Assembly (NCBI GenBank): GCA_963796685.1
Contig: CAWCMR010000025.1
Location: 1,728,001-1,792,000 of the forward strand
DNA: 64,000 nt
Origin: an uncultured delta proteobacterium
GTDB lineage: Bacteria; Myxococcota_A; Polyangia; Fen-1088
Direction: 5' to 3'
Below, in pieces: positions 19,364 to 29,410 of the stretch (its first letter is position 1; each line of letters begins with the position of its first letter). The translations under genes and the position numbers were made by a program. The notes beneath the pieces are model-generated. The model was not told where the DNA came from. It ran no database searches and saw nothing but the letters and a program-made list of their open reading frames with translations.

Positions 19364-21070
19364 ATGAGACCACTACCCATTCGAACTGCCTGTTTTTGCG
19401 TGGCCCTCTTCCTCGTGCCGGCAGTGGCTCTGCTCGCCAGTCCGCCGTCCTTCGCGGCGAAACCAGCCACCAAGGCGGCGAAAGCGGCTGCCAAGCGAAA
19501 GGCGGCGACCAAGGCCGCGACGAAGGAGGCTCCCGCGTCGACACCCAGTACTTCCTCGGGAGCATCGTCGTCGAGCACGGCTTCGGAAGGCCACAAATAC
19601 GAGACCCCGGCGCCTGCCGAGGCGCCCGCGGTCGAGGCCCCGGCCACCCAAGCCGCGGAGCCCAAGGTGGCAGCCGAAGCGTCCACGCCGGCCGTGGCGG
19701 CGGAGAAAGAGCCGCCCAAGGTGGAGGAACCTCCCGCGGGCCAGCCGGTGTCGATCGACACCCCCACGCCGGTTACCGTGGTCGCGGAAGAGCCTGCTGC
19801 GATCACCGCGCCACAGCCCCCCTACGTCGAGCACCTGGGTCCGAGCTCCTACCCCGGCAAGTTGCGCGGCATCTACGGCGGCTCCATGTGGCTCGAACCG
19901 TCCTTCAACGGCTTGCAGTGGCCGTATATGCCGAAATCGGGTGTGGGGGTTTCCGGCGTGTTTTGGGTCGACAGCGGCTACGAGACCATCAACCGTGACA
20001 TCGCCGGGCTGGCCAACACCACCATGTGGATCCAGCAAGGGCGGGCAGTTCTTCGCGTCACCCCGACCTACACCGACGGCCGGTTCTTCATCCAGGCCCA
20101 GGTCGAGCTGGTGGGGAATCAATGCCAGCAGGCGGGGAGCGGCAGCGGCTCCTTGTGCCAAACCTTCGGAACCTTCGACACCGATGACCTTTGGATTCGC
20201 ATCGGTCAGTGGAACGTTTGGGATCTGAAGGTCGGCCGTTTCGAAGCTTGGGAGCTGTATCACACGGGTATGGGCCTCGACATGAACACCATGGAGCGTC
20301 AGGGGGCCTTCCTGGCCAAGACGCTGGCGAGCGCCAACATCCAATCGACACCAACCTTCTACGCCGTCAACTACATGCACGACCGGCCCTCCGCTGGATT
20401 GGGCATCGGGTATGTCGCGCTCCACGCCTATCCGACCAACAAGCTGCGATTCGAAATGCTCGGTGAGCTGGGCACGAGCGACTCGACGGGCCAAGGGGAC
20501 AACTACCTCGGTGGGCGTCCTGCCGGCATCCTGGACCTTGATTGGGTCAAGGTGAAGGTCGGCGCAGAATACGAGAGACAAACCCGTTCCGAGCAACAGA
20601 TCAACGGATCCACGAATACCAAGTCAGACTCTCCCTATCGAAGGACCAGGAAGGGGGTCGGGGGCTCGCTTCAGTTCGTCATGGATCCCTATGTCGAGTT
20701 TGGTTTCAACGGAGCCTATGGGTCCGTTTTGCTGGTCAATGATGGCGGCAACTCCGATGGCAAGGGCTCCTACACCACGACCAGCGTGGGCGGATTCGCG
20801 AATCTCCGACTGGCCAGGTTGTGGCTCTTGGGTGTGGGCGTGAATTGGACGGCGCAGACGGACAGCTACTACCCCAATGGGGACACATCTTCCGACTACA
20901 GCGCCCACCTGCAAGGTTTTCTTGCCCTCCAGTACCTGCTCGCAGGGCAGCTCTTCATCAAGGGAGTTTTCGGCTACGCGCGCGCGGACTTCCAGGACAC
21001 CGACCCGACCGTGCCCATCTGGAGCAACTACATGTACAGCGCTCGCGTTCGCTTGATGTACCTCTATTGA
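19364..21070 (+). CDS. Putative outer-membrane beta-barrel (candidate carbohydrate porin)
   Basis: Signal peptide, Ala/Pro/Lys-rich spacer, many amphipathic aromatic-rich strands (DDLWIRIG, DLKVGRFEAW), C-terminal RVRLMYLY. Confidence 0.68.
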   Translation: MRPLPIRTACFCVALFLVPAVALLASPPSFAAKPATKAAKAAAKRKAATKAATKEAPASTPSTSSGASSSSTASEGHKYETPAPAEAPAVEAPATQAAEPKVAAEASTPAVAAEKEPPKVEEPPAGQPVSIDTPTPVTVVAEEPAAITAPQPPYVEHLGPSSYPGKLRGIYGGSMWLEPSFNGLQWPYMPKSGVGVSGVFWVDSGYETINRDIAGLANTTMWIQQGRAVLRVTPTYTDGRFFIQAQVELVGNQCQQAGSGSGSLCQTFGTFDTDDLWIRIGQWNVWDLKVGRFEAWELYHTGMGLDMNTMERQGAFLAKTLASANIQSTPTFYAVNYMHDRPSAGLGIGYVALHAYPTNKLRFEMLGELGTSDSTGQGDNYLGGRPAGILDLDWVKVKVGAEYERQTRSEQQINGSTNTKSDSPYRRTRKGVGGSLQFVMDPYVEFGFNGAYGSVLLVNDGGNSDGKGSYTTTSVGGFANLRLARLWLLGVGVNWTAQTDSYYPNGDTSSDYSAHLQGFLALQYLLAGQLFIKGVFGYARADFQDTDPTVPIWSNYMYSARVRLMYLY

Positions 21071-21408
21071 CGATCACGCAATATTGCGATGCGGTAGGTG
21101 GTTTGGATCACAGTGGATGCCGCTATTTGCACCTTCATCCGGCGCGGTTGATGGAAGCGTCGGAGGGCTGGCCCAAACTGGCTTGACGGGGCGATGTCGG
21201 CCAAGCGAAAGAAAGGTTGGTTACGCGAGGCGCGCCTGGCCCAAAGGGGCGCGGTGCACTGCGTCGTCGCTTTTTTCGTTTCTCTTTTTTGGCACCAGAC
21301 CTGTTATCCTCCCGTGGATTTTTGAAAGTTACGGCGACTCGGGGTAGACGCCCGGAGGGCCGTTCATGCAGATCGACTCCGGTACCACTTCCGGAAGGAG
21401 AAATTGGA

Positions 21409-23826
21409 ATGCACCGCACAGCACGCTCTCTGTTCTTGCCACTGACTCTTGGACTCGTTTTTTCGACCCCGTTCATGGGCTGCCAGAGCGGCGGCACCAG
21501 CGGTGGCTCGGGAGGTAAAGGCGGCTCCGGCGGTAGCGCCGGCAGCGGCTCCGGTGGCAGCGGCTCGGGCGGCTCGTCGGCCAAGGGCGGCAGCGGCGGA
21601 AATGGCTCGGGCGGCAGCGGCTCGTCGGCCAAGGGCGGCAGCGGCGGAAGCGGTTCTGGCGGCAGTGGTTCGGGTGGCTCGTCCGCGAAGGGCGGCTCTG
21701 GCGGCAACGGCTCGGGCGGCAGCGGCTCGGGCGGCAGCGCCGGTGGCAACGGCTCGGGCGGCGCGGCTGGCAGCGGCAGCGGTGGCGCGGCTGGTAGCGG
21801 CAGCGGCGGCGCGGCTGGGAACGGCTCCGGCGGTGCAGCCGGGAGCGGCTCCGGCGGGAGCGACACGGGCGGCTCGGGCGGCGGAAGCACGGGCACCAGC
21901 GACATGATCTCCGACTTCGAGTCCACGCCCGGCAAGGCCGACATGGACAAGAACGGCGGCCGGACCGGGTATTGGTACGTGTACTTCCCGGGCTCGGACA
22001 CGGCCTCGGCGCCTGCAAGCGGCATGAGCATCAGCCCAGCGCTTGCCCCTGGCGCGCCCATCGCCAGCGCCGCTTCGGACAGCGGCAACGCTTTGCACGT
22101 CACCGGGTCGGGATTCAACGGCAGCAGCACCAACTACGCGGGCTTCGGAGCCGCGTTCACACCCAATACCCCCTACGACAAGAAGAGCGCCGCCTACGAC
22201 ACCAGCGCCTACACCGGTATCACTTTCAAGGTGAAGTCGGGCAGCGGCACGCTTCCGCCCACGTTCTTTGAAGTCCTGACCAAGGAGAACCAGCCCACCA
22301 CCTCGGGTGGCAACCTGAATCCAGATTCATCAAGTCCAGGCACACCGACGAGCCCGGACGCCTCTATCGGCCTCTACAACACGCGCGGCTGGATGCTCAC
22401 CACGCCGTGGGTCGGCACCAGCATCAGCAGCGCTTGGCAGACCATCACCATTCCGTTCGGCCAGCTCATCCCGCGCCACCTGTGCGATGCAACGGCCTGC
22501 GGTACGTCGGCCACCAAGTGCCAACCGCCTGCGCTCAACCCCAAGGATGTCCTCGGTATCCAGTTCTCGTACTACGCCGCAGAGAAGGGATGGCCCACCG
22601 GCATCGGAACGCCCGGAACCTTCGACATCTGGGTCGACGACGTGGCCTTCACCACGGGCCCCGTTGCCGTCCAGACTCTCTCCGGCTTCCCGGCCGCCAA
22701 GCCCTACGACATGGGGAGCTGCAAGCTTCCCACCGGTCCCTCGGCGAACCCCGCGTATCTCGTACCAGCGTACAACCAGTGGAAGAGCACCTTCGTCAAG
22801 GGCGGCAAAGTCATTCGTCCCGAGAACCAGAACGACACCGTTTCCGAGGGCATTGCCTACGGCATGCTCATCTCCGCCAACATGCACGACGAGGCCACCT
22901 TCAAGACCCTGCAGGGCACCTGGGGGTCCGGCCTGATGACCTGGTGCCTTGGCGCTGGCGGCGGCGGTACCGGTACGGCCTGCAATGCGCAGGGTGGCGG
23001 CTCCGCCACGGATGCAGACGAGGATGCTGCCTTCGCGCTCCTCCAGGCAGCCAAGATCTTCGGCAACTCCAGCTATAAGGATGCTGCCATGAGCATCATC
23101 TCGCAGATCTGGTCGCAGGACATCGACAGCGCCTCCAAGCTACCCAAGGGCGGCAGCAATTACGGCTCGGGCGATCCTACCAATCCCTCTTACTTCGCCC
23201 CGGCGTACTACGCAGCATTCAAGGCCGCTGGCGATAGCAACGACTGGGATAGCGTCATCGCGGCGGTCTACAGCTCGATCAGTAAGCTGATGACCAACAC
23301 CAACAGTAACGGTCTCTTCGCCGCATGGTGTAGCAACGGTTGCTCGCAGTCCTCCACCAACAAGGGCGGCGGGGATCCTACAGACCTGTTCTACCAGTAC
23401 GACTCGCACCGCATCCCGATGCGCATCGGTCTCGACGTTTGTTTCGGCGGAGCGCACGCGTCCGACGCCAAGGCCTACGTGGCCAAGACGACCAGCTTCT
23501 TCGCCACCAACGCCAACGCGGGAAAGAATGGGGTCAGCCGCATCTTCGACGTGTACGATCCGAAGACCAGCAACGTTCCGACCTCTGGTGTGACGGCCGG
23601 CAACAACTCGGCTTCCATCATCGGCACGGCCGCTGTCGGGGCCATGGCTGACGGAAGTAACCAACAGTTCATCGAGGACGCCTTCCAGGCTACCTTCGAT
23701 ATCGTGTCGCGCGGCAGCCTCGACACGACCGACACCTCCGCGGGCGCGAAGACAGCCTACTCCTACTTCAACGCCACCGTGGGCATGATGACCTTGCTCA
23801 TGATGACGGGTAACTTCAGCCACTAG
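21409..23826 (+). CDS. Lipoprotein: Gly/Ser tether, CBM11/CIA30-like domain, GH8 catalytic domain
   Basis: AAGGAG RBS; lipobox FMGC; ISDFE..YDTSAYTGITF..FDIWVDDVAF; GH8 motifs TVSEGIAYGML, SATDADED, NPSYFAPAYY, YQYDSHRIPMRIGLD. Confidence 0.92.
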   Translation: MHRTARSLFLPLTLGLVFSTPFMGCQSGGTSGGSGGKGGSGGSAGSGSGGSGSGGSSAKGGSGGNGSGGSGSSAKGGSGGSGSGGSGSGGSSAKGGSGGNGSGGSGSGGSAGGNGSGGAAGSGSGGAAGSGSGGAAGNGSGGAAGSGSGGSDTGGSGGGSTGTSDMISDFESTPGKADMDKNGGRTGYWYVYFPGSDTASAPASGMSISPALAPGAPIASAASDSGNALHVTGSGFNGSSTNYAGFGAAFTPNTPYDKKSAAYDTSAYTGITFKVKSGSGTLPPTFFEVLTKENQPTTSGGNLNPDSSSPGTPTSPDASIGLYNTRGWMLTTPWVGTSISSAWQTITIPFGQLIPRHLCDATACGTSATKCQPPALNPKDVLGIQFSYYAAEKGWPTGIGTPGTFDIWVDDVAFTTGPVAVQTLSGFPAAKPYDMGSCKLPTGPSANPAYLVPAYNQWKSTFVKGGKVIRPENQNDTVSEGIAYGMLISANMHDEATFKTLQGTWGSGLMTWCLGAGGGGTGTACNAQGGGSATDADEDAAFALLQAAKIFGNSSYKDAAMSIISQIWSQDIDSASKLPKGGSNYGSGDPTNPSYFAPAYYAAFKAAGDSNDWDSVIAAVYSSISKLMTNTNSNGLFAAWCSNGCSQSSTNKGGGDPTDLFYQYDSHRIPMRIGLDVCFGGAHASDAKAYVAKTTSFFATNANAGKNGVSRIFDVYDPKTSNVPTSGVTAGNNSASIIGTAAVGAMADGSNQQFIEDAFQATFDIVSRGSLDTTDTSAGAKTAYSYFNATVGMMTLLMMTGNFSH

Positions 23827-23886
23827 TCCGCCATGTAGGTCACCGTCGATTGCTCAATCATCCATCCATCAGAGTGAGGCTCGAGA

Positions 23887-25584
23887 ATGACAACACGTGA
23901 GGCATGTCGGCTGTTCGTCTTGTTGGCTGGTTCCATCGCGCTAATGGGTGGCTGCAGCAGCAGCAATGCGCCAGCCAATGGGACTGGCGGATCGGGTGGA
24001 AAAGGCGGGGCCGGGGCAGGCGGGACGAGCGGAAAAGGCGGGACAGGCGGAATGGGTGGAACATCCGGAAAGGGCGGCGCTGGCGGAACGGCCGGAATAG
24101 GTGGAGCCTCCGGCATGGGTGGCAGCAGCGCCACCCCAGACGCCGCTGTCTACACATGCCTCAAGACCTCGGACGATGGCCTGATCGCCGATTTCACGAC
24201 GGACAACAGCCTCAATCCCGTGGATGGACGTCAGGGCGGATTCTACGTGTACGGGGATGGTTCCGGCACCTTCGATCCTCCCATGGTGGTTTGCGAGTCC
24301 TATCCAATCGATACCAGTGTTGGCAACCCAACCTGCTCTGGTCCCGGGTCCTTTCACACCAAGGCAACGGGCTTTGCCAAGTGGGGCGCCGCGATGGGCG
24401 TCGATTTCGCTCCGGCCCTCGGTGCCAGCACCGGTTCGGGCGGCACCACGACGGCCGCAGACGGCGGCGGCGCTGGTGGCGAGAGCGGGAGCGGTGGCTC
24501 CAGCGCTAACAGTGGCACCGGCGGAAGCGGCGGGGCCGGGAGCGGTACCGGCGGAAGCACCACGGCTGGGAGCGGCTCCGGCGGGAGCAGCAGCGGTGGC
24601 TCTAGCGCGAGTGGCGGGAACGGCAGCGCGGGCAGCAGCGCCTCGGGCGGGAGCGGCTCAGGGGGCAGCGGCTCGGGCGGCAGCAGCTCGGGCGGGAGCG
24701 GCGCCGGTGGCGAGAGCGGCAATGGTGGCTCCAGTACAACCGGCGGCGACAGCGGCACGGGTGGTGGCTCAGGCGGCTCCAGCACGGTGTGCGCCGCGCT
24801 CACGGACGCGGCGCCGACGATCAAGGGCAACTACGATGCATCGAAGTACATCGGCGTTTCCTTCTGGGCCAAGAGCGCGGCCCCGCTCACGGGGGTCCAG
24901 GTCAGCTTCCCTGACATCTACACGGATGGCGCGGCGGATCCGACGCTCGTCGATCCAAACGCATCCAGATGCGCCTACGTCTCGGGCTCCACCATCAACT
25001 GCAGCCCGTATCTGGTGAAGTTCGGGGATGCGGCTTTCCCTGCCTACAAGGACTACCAGATCGATACGATGTGGAAGCGATTCGACGTCTACTTCGCGGA
25101 CACGAAGCAGGACCAGTACAACGTCGGAGCCCAGGGCCCTGACAACGCCCTTTCTGTGCAGCACCTGACGGCCATGGCCATCCAGGTGAACGCCATCTAC
25201 GTCAACGGCAGCCCGACGGCGAACGACTTCGAGCTCTGGGTCGACGACATCAACTTCATTCCAGCTACAGGCGGGACCGGCGGATCGGGTGGGACGGCCG
25301 GATCGAGTGGAGCCGGTGGATCCAGTGGAACAGGCGGAATGGCAGAAACAGGCGGAGCCGGCGGAGCAGGTGAAACGGGCGGAGCGAGCGGCCAAGGCGG
25401 AGCGGGGCAGACGGGCGGAATGAGCGGATCTGGTGGTGCCAGCGGAACGGCTGGCGCGGGTGCAGGTGGAACGAGTGGAACGGGTGGCCAGGGAGCCGGC
25501 GGAGCATCTGGAACGGGCGGAGCTGCTGGCCAGGGAGCCGGCGGAGCATCTGGAACGGGTGGCTCGAGCAGCGGCGGCACCTGA
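23887..25584 (+). CDS. Non-catalytic CBM11/CIA30-like lipoprotein with three Gly-rich tracts
   Basis: Lipobox MGGC; LIADF..GFYVYGD..GFAKWGAAMGVDF, insertion, YDASKYIGVSFWAK..WKRFDVYF..FELWVDDINF. Confidence 0.78.
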   Translation: MTTREACRLFVLLAGSIALMGGCSSSNAPANGTGGSGGKGGAGAGGTSGKGGTGGMGGTSGKGGAGGTAGIGGASGMGGSSATPDAAVYTCLKTSDDGLIADFTTDNSLNPVDGRQGGFYVYGDGSGTFDPPMVVCESYPIDTSVGNPTCSGPGSFHTKATGFAKWGAAMGVDFAPALGASTGSGGTTTAADGGGAGGESGSGGSSANSGTGGSGGAGSGTGGSTTAGSGSGGSSSGGSSASGGNGSAGSSASGGSGSGGSGSGGSSSGGSGAGGESGNGGSSTTGGDSGTGGGSGGSSTVCAALTDAAPTIKGNYDASKYIGVSFWAKSAAPLTGVQVSFPDIYTDGAADPTLVDPNASRCAYVSGSTINCSPYLVKFGDAAFPAYKDYQIDTMWKRFDVYFADTKQDQYNVGAQGPDNALSVQHLTAMAIQVNAIYVNGSPTANDFELWVDDINFIPATGGTGGSGGTAGSSGAGGSSGTGGMAETGGAGGAGETGGASGQGGAGQTGGMSGSGGASGTAGAGAGGTSGTGGQGAGGASGTGGAAGQGAGGASGTGGSSSGGT

Positions 25585-25649
25585 CGGCGTGACCGTCCCG
25601 ACTTCACGGGAAGCATAGTCTTCTTCAACGCGGTCCGGCTGGTGAGCAC

Positions 25650-25830
25650 CTGCCGGGCTGTCTCGCATCAAGCCCTGGCGACCAAGCACCAAGTGGTCGA
25701 GATGCGGTGATGCTATTTCGCCGTGGTCGATGCTTTGGCACGAAGCGAGCTGGAGGCTCTGCTGTACCCGTCGAGGGCGCTTCGACCAACCTACACTTGG
25801 ATCTATCGGAAGCACCAGCGGGGCGCTTCG
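25650..25830 (+). pseudogene. Possible degenerate IS21-family istA N-terminal fragment
   Basis: Fragments GLS/SHQALATK and VDALARSELEALLYPS..RPTYTWIYRKHQRG resemble the IstA N-terminus (ELEAxLYP...PDxxWIHRE); no IRs found. Confidence 0.3.
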
Positions 25831-25922
25831 ATGCGGCAGATCCAGCGCGCCGGGGGAATAGGTTCGTCGTCAAGGCTCGGACTCGACCCGAGCGACTATG
25901 GTTGATTGTGAAGATGCTTCGA

Positions 25923-28082
25923 CTACCAGCCAGTTACGTTTACAGCGGTCGACGAATCGGCGGAGGCCGAATTGCCAAGCTCACCATCGGAACCGAAGCC
26001 CCAGCACTTGACCGAGCCGTTGTTGATGAGGGCGCAGGCCTGGAGGTAGTTTGTAGACACAAACGTGGCACCGGCCACATTGAGGACCGAAACTGGCGCT
26101 GAGACGCCTTCACTCGCGATCACACCGTCGCCGAGCGCGCCATTCCGTTGCACGCCCCAGCAGGAAACTGTTCCGGTCGTGAGCAAAGCGCAAGTGTGAG
26201 CATAGCCCGCCGAGACTTGGGTCGCACCGCTGGCAAGCCCCTGCACGGGAACCGCCGAGGTCGCATGGTCCCCCACTGCCGTGGAGGCATTCCCCAATTG
26301 CCCGTACAGATTCCAGCCCCAACAATAGACCGAGCCGCCAGTGATGATGGCGCAAGTGTGGAAATCCCCCACTGAAAGACCCTGAGCGTTGATTGGACCG
26401 CTAAGGCCACTCACGCCGGTGGGAGTGGTGATGATTCCATTCCCTGTAATGGGCTGCCCCGCCTGGCCGTCTCCGTTTCCGCCCCAGCAGTAGACGCTCC
26501 CGGAGACAATTGCACAGTTGGTAATGCCGGCGGAAATTGCACTCGGGCTGCTAAGTCCTGTCATCTGCACTGGAGTAGCGGATAGATTTGCTGTCGCTCC
26601 CGAGCCGAGTTGTCCATAGATATTGTCGCCCCAGCAGTAGAGCGCGCTGCTCGCTCCCACGAGAGCGCAAGACGTGTTGGCCCCTGATGCGATCGCGGTG
26701 ACGGCGCTTTGCAGGCCAGACACAGCCACAGGTGTCGCCGAGAAATTGCTGCTCGGAATCGTGCCATTCCCTAGTTGCCCGCGGTCCGCTTGCCCCCAGC
26801 ACCAAACCGCGCCGCTTGTGAGGAGCGCGCAGACGTGTCCGGCACCGGCGCTAATGACCTTCGCGCTGCCGAGGCCGGTCAGCTTGATTGGCACGTTGCT
26901 GGTGGGGATGACAGAGCTGGATGTTGGCCCGGCCGGTCCAAGGGCGCCAAAATCGTTCCGGCCCCAACATTCTACCGAGCCATCAGAGATGAGCGCGCAT
27001 GCGAACGTGCCACCGACAGTTACCTGCGTCGCGGCTAAGTGGCATTTGCTTTCTTGGCAGAAATAGCCTGTCACACAGTCGCCATCTGCGGCACAACTGG
27101 CCTTGCACGCGGTACCGAGGCAGGCGAATCCCCCGGTGCACGCCGTTGCCGCGGGTGTGACGCAGGATCCGCCTGAGCAGACGGCCTGGCCGATCGAGCT
27201 ACTCCCTGAGCAGGTTGGTCCTGTACCACAGTTCTTCGTCGGATACGAACAGGTCCCATCCGCCTTGCCTTCACACGTCCCGCCGCAGGTGGCATCGGTG
27301 CCGCAGGATGCTCGGTTCCCATGTGGATTTCCGGAAGCAACGGGCGTGCACGTGCCGAGGTAACCAGCAATGTCACAGGCTTGGCACGAGCCCGTGCAGG
27401 CCGTATCACAGCAATACCCGTCGGGCGAGCAGGTAGTGCCGCTTGCGCAGCCGGCGGTTACGGTCTGGCAAGTCTGGCCCCTCTTGCTCTTGCATCCTCC
27501 CGTGGCGTCGCACGTGCCAGCGCAGCGGCCATTGGGGTCGTCTTGGCTGACCACCGCACTACACGTATGGCTGGTGTCGCAAAACTGGCAAGCGCCAGGA
27601 CAGTCGGCGTTCACGCAGCAGGCAGAAGGTGCAACGCAGATGCTCCCGCTGCTACCAGTGCAGGCCTTCTGTCCCGTCGGGCATGTTCCGCCAACGTCTG
27701 GGGCATCGCCTGAGATCTCGGATGGAGCGTCTGGGGGCGGGACGACTACCGGGACATCTGACTGCGGGAGATCCGTCGGCGCGTCCGGGGTGGACGTATC
27801 CGCGGCCAGTAAGTCAGGGCCGGCCTCCTGCGGTGTCCTCGAATCCGCGGGCGAGGCGTCGATGACGCCGCCCATTTCAACGGCGGCTACGTCAAGAGTC
27901 GCGTCGACGGCCAGCCCCGCAGCGCCGTCACCCGCGTCGAGGCTCGAAATACCAGGTCTGTCACTTGAGCCGCCCTCTCCACCAGACACCGACCCATCAA
28001 CCTGGAGGCTCTTGCGGTCCAGGCAACCTGGTGCAGCCAGAAGTACGAGCACAATTGGCAAGAGAGGATTTCTGAGCATCAT
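25923..28082 (-). CDS. Cys-rich lipoprotein with C-terminal RCC1-repeat beta-propeller
   Basis: Lipobox AAPGC, DAG/Pro-rich spacer, Cys-rich stalk, about seven repeats of HxCAL..GxVxCWGxNxxGQLG. Confidence 0.9.
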   Translation of the reverse strand: MMLRNPLLPIVLVLLAAPGCLDRKSLQVDGSVSGGEGGSSDRPGISSLDAGDGAAGLAVDATLDVAAVEMGGVIDASPADSRTPQEAGPDLLAADTSTPDAPTDLPQSDVPVVVPPPDAPSEISGDAPDVGGTCPTGQKACTGSSGSICVAPSACCVNADCPGACQFCDTSHTCSAVVSQDDPNGRCAGTCDATGGCKSKRGQTCQTVTAGCASGTTCSPDGYCCDTACTGSCQACDIAGYLGTCTPVASGNPHGNRASCGTDATCGGTCEGKADGTCSYPTKNCGTGPTCSGSSSIGQAVCSGGSCVTPAATACTGGFACLGTACKASCAADGDCVTGYFCQESKCHLAATQVTVGGTFACALISDGSVECWGRNDFGALGPAGPTSSSVIPTSNVPIKLTGLGSAKVISAGAGHVCALLTSGAVWCWGQADRGQLGNGTIPSSNFSATPVAVSGLQSAVTAIASGANTSCALVGASSALYCWGDNIYGQLGSGATANLSATPVQMTGLSSPSAISAGITNCAIVSGSVYCWGGNGDGQAGQPITGNGIITTPTGVSGLSGPINAQGLSVGDFHTCAIITGGSVYCWGWNLYGQLGNASTAVGDHATSAVPVQGLASGATQVSAGYAHTCALLTTGTVSCWGVQRNGALGDGVIASEGVSAPVSVLNVAGATFVSTNYLQACALINNGSVKCWGFGSDGELGNSASADSSTAVNVTGW

Positions 28083-28306
28083 GCGGGTTTCCTTCACCTT
28101 GAGCAGGCTAGGCAGATTTTGGACGGATGATCCAAGCAGCGACGCCGATGCTGATGCATTTCAGTCTTCTCGGCAAGCCTCAGTCAAGGTTGTTGGCTCG
28201 GCGTTGTTGGCTCGGCGCGCAGTCATCGTCCAGAAACGCCTTGGGGGCAAGTCCGTCGTCGTCCGGCCAGCACCACTTCCGGCTCGGCAGCAAAAGCATC
28301 CTCTTG

Positions 28307-28364
28307 GGGATGACGATCGCCAAACAGGCGCGGTCGGGTAAGTAGGTCCTTGCTGCCAGGAGCG
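28307..28364 (-). pseudogene. Remnant of a DUF4143 ATPase C-terminus
   Basis: Reads LLAARTYLPDRACLAIVIP versus LLAAKTYLPNNAHMAIVIP in gene 30095..31255; DNA aligns ungapped to about 30177-30234. Confidence 0.7.
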
Positions 28365-28442
28365 ATCCAAACACATTTCGCGCTCCGGGGCACCGGTGGT
28401 ACCCTGTCAGGCAAAACTTGGACCGATTCGGAAAGGTCGAGC

Positions 28443-29282
28443 ATGCGTTCATGGATGGTGTCTACGTTGCTCTTCGCCAGCTTGGTGGCGGAGCAGTCCG
28501 CTTTTGCCAAGGCTCAATCGAAGGAGCGCCTAGCCAAGAAGGCCTGCCTTTCCGGCGACTACCTCAAGGGCGTAGGCATTTTGGCGGACCTGTTCGTGGA
28601 AACCAACGACCCGACGTTTCTCTACAACCAGGGCCGTTGCTACGAGCAAAACGTTCGCTATGTGGAGGCGGCCGAGCGGTTCAGGGAATACCTGCGCAAG
28701 GCACCCAATCTCAACAGCAAGGACAAGGCCGAGGTCGATAAGCACATCGCGGATTGCGAAGCTGCGGCGGAGAAGGGCCAGTCTCGCAGCCCGACGTTGC
28801 CGGAACCGGCAGCCCAGTCCGCGGCGACCTACCAGCCTCCCCCGGCTGCCGTCTCGACTGGCTCGTATGCCGCATCGCCGACGCCTGCGCCTCAGGCAGC
28901 GATCTTGACCAGTGCGCCACAGCCCGCAGGCGCCGACCTCGAGCACCCGTGGCAACACACGGCCAAGTGGATCGCCGCTGGCGCTGCCGTGGCCTTCCTT
29001 GGCTTCGGCGTCATCGAGCACGTCACCTACTACGGCAAGAACAGCGACTACAACAAGAAGGACTGCACCACCGACCCCAGCGGTTGCAAGAGCCTGGCGA
29101 GCTCGGCCGACACGGCGCAGACCCTGGCCTTCGTGGGCTACGGCGCTGCGGCTCTCGCCACAGGGGCGGCTGTCACGTTCTGGTTGACCGATTCACCCAA
29201 GGCGAAGTTGCCCGAGCAGGCGGGGATCGGATTCTCCTGCGTGCCGGCGCTCGCCGGAGTCTCGTGCCACGGACGCTTTTAG
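28443..29282 (+). CDS. Secreted TPR protein with two hydrophobic helices and C-terminal GxF strand, copy 1
   Basis: Signal peptide; ERLAKKACLSGDYLKG..DPTFLYNQGRCYEQ..AAERFREYL; Pro-rich linker; ends GVSCHGRF. Confidence 0.82.
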   Translation: MRSWMVSTLLFASLVAEQSAFAKAQSKERLAKKACLSGDYLKGVGILADLFVETNDPTFLYNQGRCYEQNVRYVEAAERFREYLRKAPNLNSKDKAEVDKHIADCEAAAEKGQSRSPTLPEPAAQSAATYQPPPAAVSTGSYAASPTPAPQAAILTSAPQPAGADLEHPWQHTAKWIAAGAAVAFLGFGVIEHVTYYGKNSDYNKKDCTTDPSGCKSLASSADTAQTLAFVGYGAAALATGAAVTFWLTDSPKAKLPEQAGIGFSCVPALAGVSCHGRF

Positions 29283-29410
29283 ACTGATGAAGACCGTCAG
29301 ACCGTCTTCAGACCGGGGCAGGCAATCAGCTCCCGATCCACTGACTATAGTCATAGTTCCTGTCGTGCTCGCGGGCCCGCCCTTTGCTACCCAAGATAGC
29401 GATTGGAGCG

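Noticed and set aside
21289-21305. Sigma54 promoter upstream of the GH8 gene (TGGCAC-N5-CTGT)
   Set aside because: The -12 element has GT rather than the near-invariant GC.
21490-21900. GGCAGCGGC-rich repeats here and in other lipoprotein genes as a CRISPR or VNTR array
   Set aside because: They are in-frame Gly/Ser linker codons with no constant repeat-unique spacer structure, and no cas genes are present.
29342-29353. Perfect palindrome TGACTATAGTCA
   Set aside because: It lies between convergent genes with no promoter to regulate; could be a relic or chance.
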